Below, piece by piece: positions 8,166 to 16,400 of a DNA stretch of 24,805 nt. The notes beneath the pieces were generated by a model that worked only from the letters and a program-made list of their open reading frames with translations, had not been told where the DNA came from and ran no database searches. The number at the start of each line of letters is the position of its first letter. Position 1 is the first letter of the stretch. A program made the position numbers and the translations under genes. Source of the DNA: Betaproteobacteria bacterium (lineage in GTDB: Bacteria > Pseudomonadota > Gammaproteobacteria > Burkholderiales > SG8-39); assembly GCA_005881355.1 (NCBI GenBank), contig VBDM01000022.1, positions 1 through 24,805 on the forward strand. The letters are read 5' to 3'.

Positions 8166-10133
8166 TTGACCCGTGCACTGATCTGCGCCGTGTCGGTCGC
8201 GATCCTGCTCGCTGCGCCCGCGCCGGGTTACGCGGCGAAGCTCGATCCCCAGGATGCGGTATTGTTCGCCGCTCGGGGCGCGTTCGACGCGAGCAGCCGT
8301 GCAAGGCTAGTCGCGCTCGCTCCGAAGACGAAGGGCCACTTGCTCGAGCCGTACGTCGAGTACTGGCAGCTTTTCTTGCGCCTCCCTGCCGCCCCCGCGG
8401 AGGACGTACGCGATTTCCTCTCCCGGTATCCGGATACGGTGCTCGCCGAGCAGCTGCGAGCCGATTGGCTCAAGGTGCTCGGCAAGAGCGGCCGATGGGA
8501 GTTGTTCCAAGCGGAGTATCCGGCGCTCTCCGCTGATGATCCCGAAGTGACCTGCTACGCGCTGCTCGCGCGCTGGAAGCGCGAGGACGCGTCCGTGCGC
8601 GCCGATTTCAACTCCTTCTGGAACGCGCCGCGGGAGCTTCCCGAAGGCTGCCTGGCCCTTGCCAGGGCGATGCTCAAGACCGGCCAGTTGGGGACGCGCG
8701 AGGTCTGGGCGCGCTTCCGCTTGCTGGTCGACGCCAATCTGATGGTCGCGGCCAAACGCACCATGGAATTCCTGCCGCGCGGCGAGGCGATCGAGGCAAG
8801 GCGGCTCAACGCCGTCATCCGCGCGCCGGTCAAATTTCTCAAGAAACCGCAGATCGATCTCGCCAAGGGGGCAGACCGGGAGCTGATCGTTGCGGCCCTC
8901 GCGCTCACCGCCGACGACGACCCGCGGGCCGCCGTCGGATTCTGGAAGGGGGGGTTGAGCGAGGCCTTCCCCGCCGAGGACCACAGCAGCGTCTGGCTGA
9001 TACTTGCGATGAACGGCGCGTATCGCCACGTGCCCGAGGCGCTCGACTGGTTCGGCGAGGCGGGAAATGTCGCGCTCACCGACGAACAGCTCGCCTGGCG
9101 CGCGCGGATCGCGCTCAGGGCCGAGAAGTGGGCCGAGGTCAGAAGCTCGATCGAGCGCATGTCTCCCCTCGCGAAGAACGACCCCGCCTGGATCTACTGG
9201 TACGGCCGGGCCGAGCGCGAGCTCGGCAGCCCGCTCGAGGCCGAGGGCTACTTCGAACGCATCGCCGGAGAGCATCACTTTTACGGCCGTCTCGCCGCCG
9301 AGGAGCTCGGTGTGAGCCTGCAGATTCCTCCCCGGGCCCCGCTGCCCACCGAGGAGGAGATCGCCGAAGTCGCGGCGATCCCCGGCCTGAAGCGGGCGCT
9401 CGCGCTCTATCGAGTGGACATGCGGACCGAGGCGACGAAGGAGTGGCTCTGGACCATCCGCGGCATGGACGACCGGCGCCTGCTGGCGGCGGCGGAGCTC
9501 GCGCGCCGCAACGAAGCCTGGGATCGCGCCATCAGCACTGCGGACAGAACCGTGCTCGCCCACAATTTTTACGTGCGCTATCTCGCGCCGTATCGCGAAG
9601 TGCTCGCCGAGAAAGCGCGCGCGCGCGATCTGGACGAGCCTTGGGTGCTGGGCCTCGTGCGCCAGGAAAGCCGTTTCATCACGGGCGCAAAATCCGCTGC
9701 CGGCGCGACGGGGCTGATGCAGGTGATGCGCCCGACGGCGAGGTGGGTCGCGCAGAGAATGCGCATGAGGAACTTCTCCTGGACGCGCTTGAGCGATCCG
9801 GAATTCAACGCCGCAGTCGGGACGTATTACTTGAAGCACGTGCTCAACCAGTCCGACGGGAGTCCCGTGCTCGCCGCGGCCGCCTACAATGCGGGGCCGA
9901 CGCGCGCGCGCCTGTGGCGCGGCACCGCCCCGGTCGAGGGCGCGATCTTCGCCGAGACCATCCCCTTCGGCGAGACGCGCGATTACGTCAAGAAGGTGAT
10001 GGCGAACACCGTTTATTACGCCGCCGTCCTCGGCATTACCCCGACGCCGCTGAAGACGCGGCTCGGAACGGTCACTCCACGCCGGTCCGCCGAGGGCGTG
10101 GTGGCGATGCAGGGCGAGCCTGTGGTCCGGTAG
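8166..10133 (+). CDS. slt: Soluble lytic murein transglycosylase (Slt70-like)
   Basis: Signal peptide, helical N-terminal region, catalytic RQESRF, GATGLMQVM, AAYNAGP, IPFGETRDYVKKV. Confidence 0.93.
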   Translation: MTRALICAVSVAILLAAPAPGYAAKLDPQDAVLFAARGAFDASSRARLVALAPKTKGHLLEPYVEYWQLFLRLPAAPAEDVRDFLSRYPDTVLAEQLRADWLKVLGKSGRWELFQAEYPALSADDPEVTCYALLARWKREDASVRADFNSFWNAPRELPEGCLALARAMLKTGQLGTREVWARFRLLVDANLMVAAKRTMEFLPRGEAIEARRLNAVIRAPVKFLKKPQIDLAKGADRELIVAALALTADDDPRAAVGFWKGGLSEAFPAEDHSSVWLILAMNGAYRHVPEALDWFGEAGNVALTDEQLAWRARIALRAEKWAEVRSSIERMSPLAKNDPAWIYWYGRAERELGSPLEAEGYFERIAGEHHFYGRLAAEELGVSLQIPPRAPLPTEEEIAEVAAIPGLKRALALYRVDMRTEATKEWLWTIRGMDDRRLLAAAELARRNEAWDRAISTADRTVLAHNFYVRYLAPYREVLAEKARARDLDEPWVLGLVRQESRFITGAKSAAGATGLMQVMRPTARWVAQRMRMRNFSWTRLSDPEFNAAVGTYYLKHVLNQSDGSPVLAAAAYNAGPTRARLWRGTAPVEGAIFAETIPFGETRDYVKKVMANTVYYAAVLGITPTPLKTRLGTVTPRRSAEGVVAMQGEPVVR

Positions 10134-10276
10134 GCCTCCTGGCAAGGCTCTCGGGAGCCGCGATGCATCGCGGCAGGCCCAAATCGAAGATGCGGCAGAC
10201 CGTGCGCAGGCACGTCTTGCCGAATTCCCTCGCTCACCGTCTGCCGCTAAACTAGTCGCTCTTATCTGAGAATTCC

Positions 10277-11224
10277 ATGGGCCGGATCCTGGTCATCGGC
10301 GGCAGCGGCTTTATCGGCCGGCATCTCGTGCGGCAACTCGTAGAGGACGAGCATTTCGTGACGGTGCCGACGCGCCGGCGCGAGCGCGCCAAGCACCTGA
10401 TCCTTTTGCCGACCGTGGATGTCATCGAGGCCGACGTGCACGACCCGGCGACGCTTGCGCGTCTCACCGCGGGGTGCGACGCGGTGATCAATCTGGTGGG
10501 CATTCTGCAGGGGCGCCCGGGGCAGCCTTACGGTCCGGATTTCGCCCGCGCCCACGTCGAGCTTCCCAGGAAGATCATCGAGGCGTGCAAGAAAAACCGC
10601 GTGCCGCGCCTGCTGCACATGAGCGCTTTGAACGCGAATTCCGAAGGGCCGAGCCAGTACCTGCGTTCCAAGGGCGAAGGCGAGGCCTGGGTGCTCGCCG
10701 CGCAGTACGAATTGGCGGTGACCGTGTTCCGGCCCTCAGTGGTGTTCGGGCCCGAGGATCGCTTTCTCAACCTGTTCGCCCTATTGCAGCGCTGGCTTCC
10801 GGTGATGTTTCTCGCCTGTCCGCAGGCGCGCTTCCAGCCCGTGTACGTCGAGGACGTGGCGCGTTGCTTCAGGTCGAGCCTCGCCGACCGGGACAGCATC
10901 GGCAAGCGCTACGATCTGTGCGGGCCGCAAGTCTATGCCTTGCGCGAGCTCGTGAAGTACGCGGGAAGCGCGAGCGGCCACCCGCGGCCCGTGATCGGCC
11001 TCTCGGACAGGCTCTCCTATCTCCAGGCCTGGTCGATGGAGTGGGTGCCCGGCGAGCTCATGTCGCGCGACAACTTCTATTCGATGAAAGTCGACAGCGT
11101 CTGCAACTGCGAATTTCCCTTCGGCCTGCGGCCCACGCCGCTCGAGGCGGTGGCGCCGGACTACCTTGGCGGCATCTTTCCCCGCTCGCGCTACAGCTGG
11201 TTCCGTTACAGGGCCGGCCGGTAG
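10277..11224 (+). CDS. Complex I NDUFA9 subunit family / atypical SDR (NAD-dependent epimerase-like)
   Basis: [58 protein letters not shown]. Confidence 0.88.
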   Translation: MGRILVIGGSGFIGRHLVRQLVEDEHFVTVPTRRRERAKHLILLPTVDVIEADVHDPATLARLTAGCDAVINLVGILQGRPGQPYGPDFARAHVELPRKIIEACKKNRVPRLLHMSALNANSEGPSQYLRSKGEGEAWVLAAQYELAVTVFRPSVVFGPEDRFLNLFALLQRWLPVMFLACPQARFQPVYVEDVARCFRSSLADRDSIGKRYDLCGPQVYALRELVKYAGSASGHPRPVIGLSDRLSYLQAWSMEWVPGELMSRDNFYSMKVDSVCNCEFPFGLRPTPLEAVAPDYLGGIFPRSRYSWFRYRAGR

Positions 11225-11244
11225 CACCCGGAAGACCAGCCCGC

Positions 11245-12378
11245 GTGAAAGTCTACGCTGTCGGAGGAGCGGTGCGCGACGAGCTCCTCGGCCTGGCGGT
11301 CACCGATCGGGACTACGTCGTGGTCGGAAGCACGCCCGAGGAGATGGTGCGCCTGGGCTACAAGCCGGTGGGCAAGGACTTCCCGGTGTTTTTGCATCCG
11401 CAGACGCACGAGGAGTACGCGCTCGCGCGCACCGAGCGCAAGGTCGCGCGCGGCTACAAGGGATTTCAGATCTACGCCGCCCCCGATGTCACGCTCGAAC
11501 AGGACCTCGAGCGGCGCGACCTGACTATCAATGCAATGGCGCGCGACGAAGCCGGGCGCCTCGTCGATCCGTTCGGCGGCGCGGCGGACCTCGAGCGCGG
11601 GCTGCTGCGGCACGTGAGCCCCGCTTTTGTCGAAGATCCGGTGCGGATCCTGCGCGTCGCGCGCTTCGCCGCGCGCTTCGGATTTGCGGTCGCCCCCGAA
11701 ACTATGGCGCTGATGCGCGCCATGGTCGCAAACGGCGAAGCCGACGCCCTGGTGCCCGAGCGCGTGTGGCAGGAATTCTCCAGGGGTCTGATGGAAGGCG
11801 ATGCCGGCTTGATGTTCTCCGTGCTCGCCGAATGCGGACTCCTCGACAAGCTCCTTCTCGACCTCAAGCTCGAATTCGAAGAAGGGCGCCCGGCGAACGA
11901 CGCCGCGCGCATTCTGGTCCGCGCGCTCGAGTGCGCCGCGGCCGGGCGGCTCGGCCTCGCCTCGCGCTTCGCGATCGTCGCCTGGGGTGCGGGCTCCGCC
12001 GATGCGACGCGTGCGGTGAGCGAGCGCTTGAAGGCGCCCGGTGAGTGCCGCGACCTCGCGCTCCTTGCGGCGCGGCACGCCGGGACGGTCAAACGATCCG
12101 CCGCGCTGCGCGCGCCGGACTTGCTCGCGCTGCTGGAACATTGCGACGCGTTCCGCAGGCCCGAACGCTTCGAGGAGCTCCTCGCGCTCACCGAGTGTCT
12201 CGAACGCGGCGAGCGGGGTTGGGGGGAAACGCCTTATCCGCCGCGCACGCTGTTGCGACGCGCGCTCGACGCAGCCGCGGGTATCGATGCCGGGAAAATC
12301 GCCGCGCGCAGCGCGAAAACGGATATCGCCGCACAAGTGCGCCGCGCGCGGAGCGCCGCGATCGAGGCGCTCGCCTGA
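11245..12378 (+). CDS. cca: CCA tRNA nucleotidyltransferase (class II, 377 aa; HD motif absent)
   Basis: GTG 11245: [16 protein letters not shown]...DRDYVVVG...[10 protein letters not shown]...[11 protein letters not shown]...[13 protein letters not shown]...[16 protein letters not shown]. The ORF track over-extends the 5' end to 10474. Confidence 0.95.
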   Translation: MKVYAVGGAVRDELLGLAVTDRDYVVVGSTPEEMVRLGYKPVGKDFPVFLHPQTHEEYALARTERKVARGYKGFQIYAAPDVTLEQDLERRDLTINAMARDEAGRLVDPFGGAADLERGLLRHVSPAFVEDPVRILRVARFAARFGFAVAPETMALMRAMVANGEADALVPERVWQEFSRGLMEGDAGLMFSVLAECGLLDKLLLDLKLEFEEGRPANDAARILVRALECAAAGRLGLASRFAIVAWGAGSADATRAVSERLKAPGECRDLALLAARHAGTVKRSAALRAPDLLALLEHCDAFRRPERFEELLALTECLERGERGWGETPYPPRTLLRRALDAAAGIDAGKIAARSAKTDIAAQVRRARSAAIEALA

Positions 12379-12406
12379 GGGTGCAAGGGTTTCCGGCGAA
12401 ACGCAC

Positions 12407-12601
12407 TCAGAGGAGCCGCACCAGCAGCGTCAAGGCGAGCGAGAGCAGGATCGTGCTCGTGAAGGGCAGATAGTAGAGCCGCCCCTTGTAGCGCACCGTA
12501 AGGTCGCCGGGCAGCCGGCCGAGGCCGTATTTGGCGAGCCACGGCGCGAGGACGGTGAGCACCACGAGCGCGATCGCGAGCGCCACGACCCATTTCAGCA
12601 T
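12407..12601 (-). CDS. DUF2905 domain-containing small membrane protein
   Basis: MLKWVVALAIALVVLTVLAPWLAKYGLGRLPGDLTVRYKGRLYYLPFTSTILLSLALTLLVRLL; the GRLPGD...PFTSTILLS signature. Confidence 0.88.
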   Translation of the reverse strand: MLKWVVALAIALVVLTVLAPWLAKYGLGRLPGDLTVRYKGRLYYLPFTSTILLSLALTLLVRLL

Positions 12602-12634
12602 CGCCGCGGCTCGCAAGCTCGTCGGAGAAAAAGG

Positions 12635-13252
12635 ATGATAGAGCTTTACACCTGGAGCACACCCAACGGCCGCAAGGTTTCCGTCATGCTGGAGGAATGC
12701 GGTCTCGCCTACAACGTCCACAAGATCAATATCGGCGCGGGCGAGCAGTACGCTCCCGACTATGTGGCGATCAACCCCAACGGCAAGATTCCCTCGATCG
12801 TCGACCCCGACGGTCCGGATGGGAAGCCTTTTCGCATGATGGAATCGGGCGCGATCCTGATCTACCTCTCGGCCAAGACCGGAAAATTCCTTCCGAAAAG
12901 CGACCGAGACAAATATGTGACGCTCCAGTGGCTGATGTTCCAGATGGGCCACGTCGGGCCGATGTTCGGCCAGGTCCACCATTTTCTGCGCGCCGCCAAG
13001 GAACAGGTCCCCTACGCGATCGAGCGCTATACGAAGGAAAAGGACCGGCTCTACGGCGTGCTCGACCGGCGCCTGCGCGAGGCCGAGTTTCTCGCAGGGG
13101 AATACTCGATCGCCGACATCGCCGCCTACCCCTGGGTCGCGCGCTACGAATGGCACAAGACCGATTTGACCACCTGGCCCAACGTGAAACGCTGGTTCGA
13201 CGCGATCAGCGCAAGGCCGGCGGTAAAACGCGGAATGGCAGTGCCTTCCTGA
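12635..13252 (+). CDS. yfcG: Glutathione S-transferase, YfcG/Ure2p-like (GSH-dependent disulfide oxidoreductase)
   Basis: ATG 12635: MIELYTWSTPNGRKVSVMLEE, INPNGKIPSIVD, MESGAILIYL, WLMFQMGHVGPMFGQ, YSIADIAAYPW. Confidence 0.85.
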   Translation: MIELYTWSTPNGRKVSVMLEECGLAYNVHKINIGAGEQYAPDYVAINPNGKIPSIVDPDGPDGKPFRMMESGAILIYLSAKTGKFLPKSDRDKYVTLQWLMFQMGHVGPMFGQVHHFLRAAKEQVPYAIERYTKEKDRLYGVLDRRLREAEFLAGEYSIADIAAYPWVARYEWHKTDLTTWPNVKRWFDAISARPAVKRGMAVPS

Positions 13253-13253
13253 A

Positions 13254-13919
13254 TCAGCCTTTCCTCGCGTACTTCACGAGGAAGGCGTTGATCTCCTCGA
13301 TTCTCAGCTGCGGTTCGTCGGGCTCGCTCCGGTTGCCGACGACGCGGTTCATCCACTCCATGTTCTTCTCCATGCGCGTCACCACCGCCGGCCACTCGGA
13401 GGCGGTGTGGCGCCGCGGGTCCGGCAGCACGTGGCACTGCTGGCAGGCGAGCTTGAACGACCGGCCTTCGGGAAGGTCGACGGCCGGATATCTTCTGGGA
13501 TCGAGCGCGCGCTGGCTGAATTTTTGCAGATAGGCGAGCAGGATTTCAGCCTCCGCTACGGTCGGGGCCTCGACGCCCGCCATCATTTCCTGCATGAGCT
13601 CGCCCATGTTGCCCCTGCCCCTCATGCGCACCACCATGCGCTCGAAGATGGCCGGCCATTTTGCCGCATGATGCATCGCCGGATTGGGCAGGTTGTGGCA
13701 CTGCACGCAGTACTGGGCGACGAGGCGCGCGCCGCGCGATTTCCGCTCGGGGAGCTGGTCCGGCTCGAAAGTGGGTGGGAGGATGCGCTCGAGCATCGGC
13801 CCGTGGGGGCTCTCGGTCCAGCGCCTTTTGGCTTGCTCGACGAGTTGCGCGGCATCCTGGGCGGAGGCGGCTGTCGCCAGACACAGGGCGGTGGCGGACA
13901 GCGCGACGAGGAAGCGCAT
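13254..13919 (-). CDS. Periplasmic diheme c-type cytochrome
   Basis: Signal peptide MRFLVALSATALCLATAASA; two CxxCH sites (CVQCH, CQQCH) inside an internal repeat CxxCHxLPxPxxHxAxxWPxxxxRM. Confidence 0.85.
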   Translation of the reverse strand: MRFLVALSATALCLATAASAQDAAQLVEQAKRRWTESPHGPMLERILPPTFEPDQLPERKSRGARLVAQYCVQCHNLPNPAMHHAAKWPAIFERMVVRMRGRGNMGELMQEMMAGVEAPTVAEAEILLAYLQKFSQRALDPRRYPAVDLPEGRSFKLACQQCHVLPDPRRHTASEWPAVVTRMEKNMEWMNRVVGNRSEPDEPQLRIEEINAFLVKYARKG

Positions 13920-14007
13920 CCGGGAATTATACTTGGCACCATCCTTCGGCCCGCGTGAGGCGGGCGGGTGCCGGCGCGACCCACACCCATTTCCCCTGGA
14001 GGCAAGC

Positions 14008-15399
14008 ATGGGCGACCCCGCATACGACGCCGTCATCATCGGCACCGGCCAGTCAGGCAAGCCGCTCGCGCTCGCGCTTGCTCGCGCAGGCTGGAAGATC
14101 GCAGTCATCGAGCGAGAGCACGTCGGCGGGACCTGCATCAACGTAGGCTGCACTCCGACCAAAACGATGGTCGCGAGCGGCCGGGTCGCGTACCTCGCCC
14201 GGCGCGCAAAAGACTACGGCGTCAACGCCGGCCGCGTCACGGTGAACATGCGCCGGGTGGTCGATCGCAAGCGCCGCATGGTCGAGAGCTTCCGCAATTA
14301 CGGGCAAAAGTCGCTCGAGAAAACCGCCAACCTCGAGCTGATCTTTGGCGAGGCGCGGTTCCGGGACGCGAAGTGCGTCGCGGTGGCGCTGAGAGGCGGC
14401 GGGACGCGCGAACTCGAAGGAAAGCGCATCGTCGTCAACACCGGCGGCAGGCCCGCGGTACCGCCGATCCCCGGGCTCGACCGGATTCGCTTCCTGGATT
14501 CCTCGAGCATCATGGAGCTCGCCGAGCTGCCCAAGCACCTCATCGTGCTCGGTGGCGGCTATGTCGGCCTGGAGTTCTGCCAGATGTTCCGCAGGTTCGG
14601 TGCGCGCGTAACCATCGTCAACCGCGATCCACGGCTGATTCTGCGCGAAGACCCCGACGTCTCCGCGGAGGTCGAGAAAATCCTGAAGGAGGACGGCATC
14701 GAGGTTCTCAACTCGACGCAGGTGACGCTTCTTGAAAAGACCGGCGCGGGCGTGCGCGCGGTGCTCGGGACCGGCGCGGGCACAAAGAAAGTCTCGGGAA
14801 GCCATCTGCTTCTTGCGCTCGGCCGCGTTCCAAACTCCGACCGCTTGAACCTCGAAGCGGCCGGGGTCGAGACGGATAAGCAGGGATTTATCAAGGTGAA
14901 TTCGCGGTTGGAGACCAACGTGCCGGGCATCTATGCGATCGGCGACGTCAAGGGCGGCCCCGCCTTCACGCACATCTCCTACGACGACTTCCGTATCCTG
15001 CGGGAGAACTGGCTCGCCGGCGGCAGCGCCACCATCGATGGGCGCATGGTGCCCCATTGCATGTTCATCGATCCGCAGCTCGCCACCGTCGGCTTGAACG
15101 AGACCGAGGCGCAAGAGCGCGGGCTCGACTACCGCGTGGCGAAGCTCGCGATGACGGGCGTCGCGCGCGCGCTCGAGACGAGCGAGACGCGCGGCTTCAT
15201 GAAGGCGATCGTGGACAGGAAAACCGAGCAGATCCTGGGCTGCACCATCCTTGGGATCGAGGGCGGGGAGATGATGTCGATGCTGCAGATCGCGATGATG
15301 GGGAAGCTCCCCTATACCGCAATCAAGGAAGCGATCTTCGCGCACCCGACGCTCGCCGAGTCGCTCAACAACCTGTTCATGACCCTCGACCCGCGCTGA
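14008..15399 (+). CDS. Class I pyridine nucleotide-disulfide oxidoreductase (RclA / mercuric reductase-like family)
   Basis: SD GGAGG at 13998-14002; GTGQSG FAD site, GGTCINVGCTPTK redox-active CxxxxC, GGGYVGLE, C-terminal HPTLAE; no C-terminal Cys-Cys. Confidence 0.88.
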   Translation: MGDPAYDAVIIGTGQSGKPLALALARAGWKIAVIEREHVGGTCINVGCTPTKTMVASGRVAYLARRAKDYGVNAGRVTVNMRRVVDRKRRMVESFRNYGQKSLEKTANLELIFGEARFRDAKCVAVALRGGGTRELEGKRIVVNTGGRPAVPPIPGLDRIRFLDSSSIMELAELPKHLIVLGGGYVGLEFCQMFRRFGARVTIVNRDPRLILREDPDVSAEVEKILKEDGIEVLNSTQVTLLEKTGAGVRAVLGTGAGTKKVSGSHLLLALGRVPNSDRLNLEAAGVETDKQGFIKVNSRLETNVPGIYAIGDVKGGPAFTHISYDDFRILRENWLAGGSATIDGRMVPHCMFIDPQLATVGLNETEAQERGLDYRVAKLAMTGVARALETSETRGFMKAIVDRKTEQILGCTILGIEGGEMMSMLQIAMMGKLPYTAIKEAIFAHPTLAESLNNLFMTLDPR

Positions 15400-15414
15400 C
15401 GCGCGCGAAGGAGC

Positions 15415-15642
15415 TTATCTCTTTTGCGCGCCCGCGGCTTCCTTTTCCATCACCGGCTTCATCTTGAGCGCTTTTTTCTCAGCGGCCTTCTTGACGTCGC
15501 CCTTCTTCATGTTCTGTTTCTTCATTTCCCCGTGCATGGGCTCGTCCATTTTCATCGGTTTGCCCGGCGTCGTGCCGGCGGCGAAGGCCAGGGACACGGT
15601 CCCAAGGATCGCCGCGACGGCGATGGCTTCCGGCGATTTCAT
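15415..15642 (-). CDS. Secreted Met/Lys-rich peptide (MXKDX-repeat-like / MrpX-like), 75 aa
   Basis: The ATG overlaps the upstream stop (TGATG). Signal peptide MKSPEAIAVAAILGTVSLAFA; the mature 54 aa carry 7 Met (PMKMDEPMHGEMKKQNMKK...KMKPVME). Confidence 0.75.
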   Translation of the reverse strand: MKSPEAIAVAAILGTVSLAFAAGTTPGKPMKMDEPMHGEMKKQNMKKGDVKKAAEKKALKMKPVMEKEAAGAQKR

Positions 15643-16400
15643 CAGCTGCCGCTGAACCAGTTGTACCCCTGGTCCTCCCAGTATCCGCCCGGATATTCGT
15701 TGGTGACGTACATCGCCGTGATGTGCTTGGGGTTCTTGAAGCCGAGCTTGGTCGGTATGCGCAGCTTCATCGGGAAGCCGTACTTGGGAGGCAGGATCTG
15801 GTCGGCGAAGCGGAAAGTGAGCACGGTCTGCGGGTGCAGCGCGGTCGCCATGTCGATGCTCGTCGTGTAGTCGTCGGCGCACTCGAAGCCGATGTACTTC
15901 GCCGTGGCGTCGGCGCCGACGCGCGCGAGGAAATCGGAAAAACGCACGCCGCTCCACTTGCCGATCGCGCTCCAGCCCTCGACGCAGATGTGACGCGTGA
16001 TCTGCGAGGTCTGCGGCAGCGCGTAGAGCTCGGGGAGCGTCCAAGGTTTCTTCTCGCGGATGAGGCCTGAAAGCTCGAGCTTGTAGCTCGCCGCGTCCAC
16101 GAGTCTCACCTCGTCCTCGCCGTAGTAGGCGTTGAACGGGAAGGGCTTGGTGATCGCGCTCTCCGGGTATTCCGGCGCGAGCTTGGTCGAATTGAACAGC
16201 CAGGCCTGCGCCCCGTCGTTCCAGCGCGACATGGCGAGGAGCATTTTCTGCACGCCTTCGCCGTCGGTGAGCTCGCAGCCCGAGAGCAGCGCGAGCGCGC
16301 CGAGCGACAAGCCCTGCTTGAGGAACAGCCGCCGCTCGATCGAGCGGATGAGCTTTCCCCGGTGATCCGCGAGGCTCGTTTCCATGCTGCGTTTCTTCAT
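15642..16400 (-). CDS. Molybdopterin-dependent oxidoreductase, sulfite oxidase family (MsrP/YedY-like), Tat-exported
   Basis: Twin-arginine SIERRLFLK followed by lipobox-like LLSGC; Mo-ligand motif HICVEGWS; CADDYTTSIDMATALHPQT; YGFPMKLRIPTKLGFKNPKH; GGYWEDQGYNW. Confidence 0.88.
   Translation of the reverse strand: MKKRSMETSLADHRGKLIRSIERRLFLKQGLSLGALALLSGCELTDGEGVQKMLLAMSRWNDGAQAWLFNSTKLAPEYPESAITKPFPFNAYYGEDEVRLVDAASYKLELSGLIREKKPWTLPELYALPQTSQITRHICVEGWSAIGKWSGVRFSDFLARVGADATAKYIGFECADDYTTSIDMATALHPQTVLTFRFADQILPPKYGFPMKLRIPTKLGFKNPKHITAMYVTNEYPGGYWEDQGYNWFSGS

Noticed and set aside
10474-11244. Apparent N-terminal extension of Cca (634-aa ORF)
   Set aside because: It overlaps the NDUFA9-like gene out of frame; Cca homology starts at GTG 11245 ([12 protein letters not shown]).
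14008-15399. Mercury resistance (merA) call
   Set aside because: No C-terminal Cys-Cys, no N-terminal metal-binding domain, and no merR/T/P nearby.
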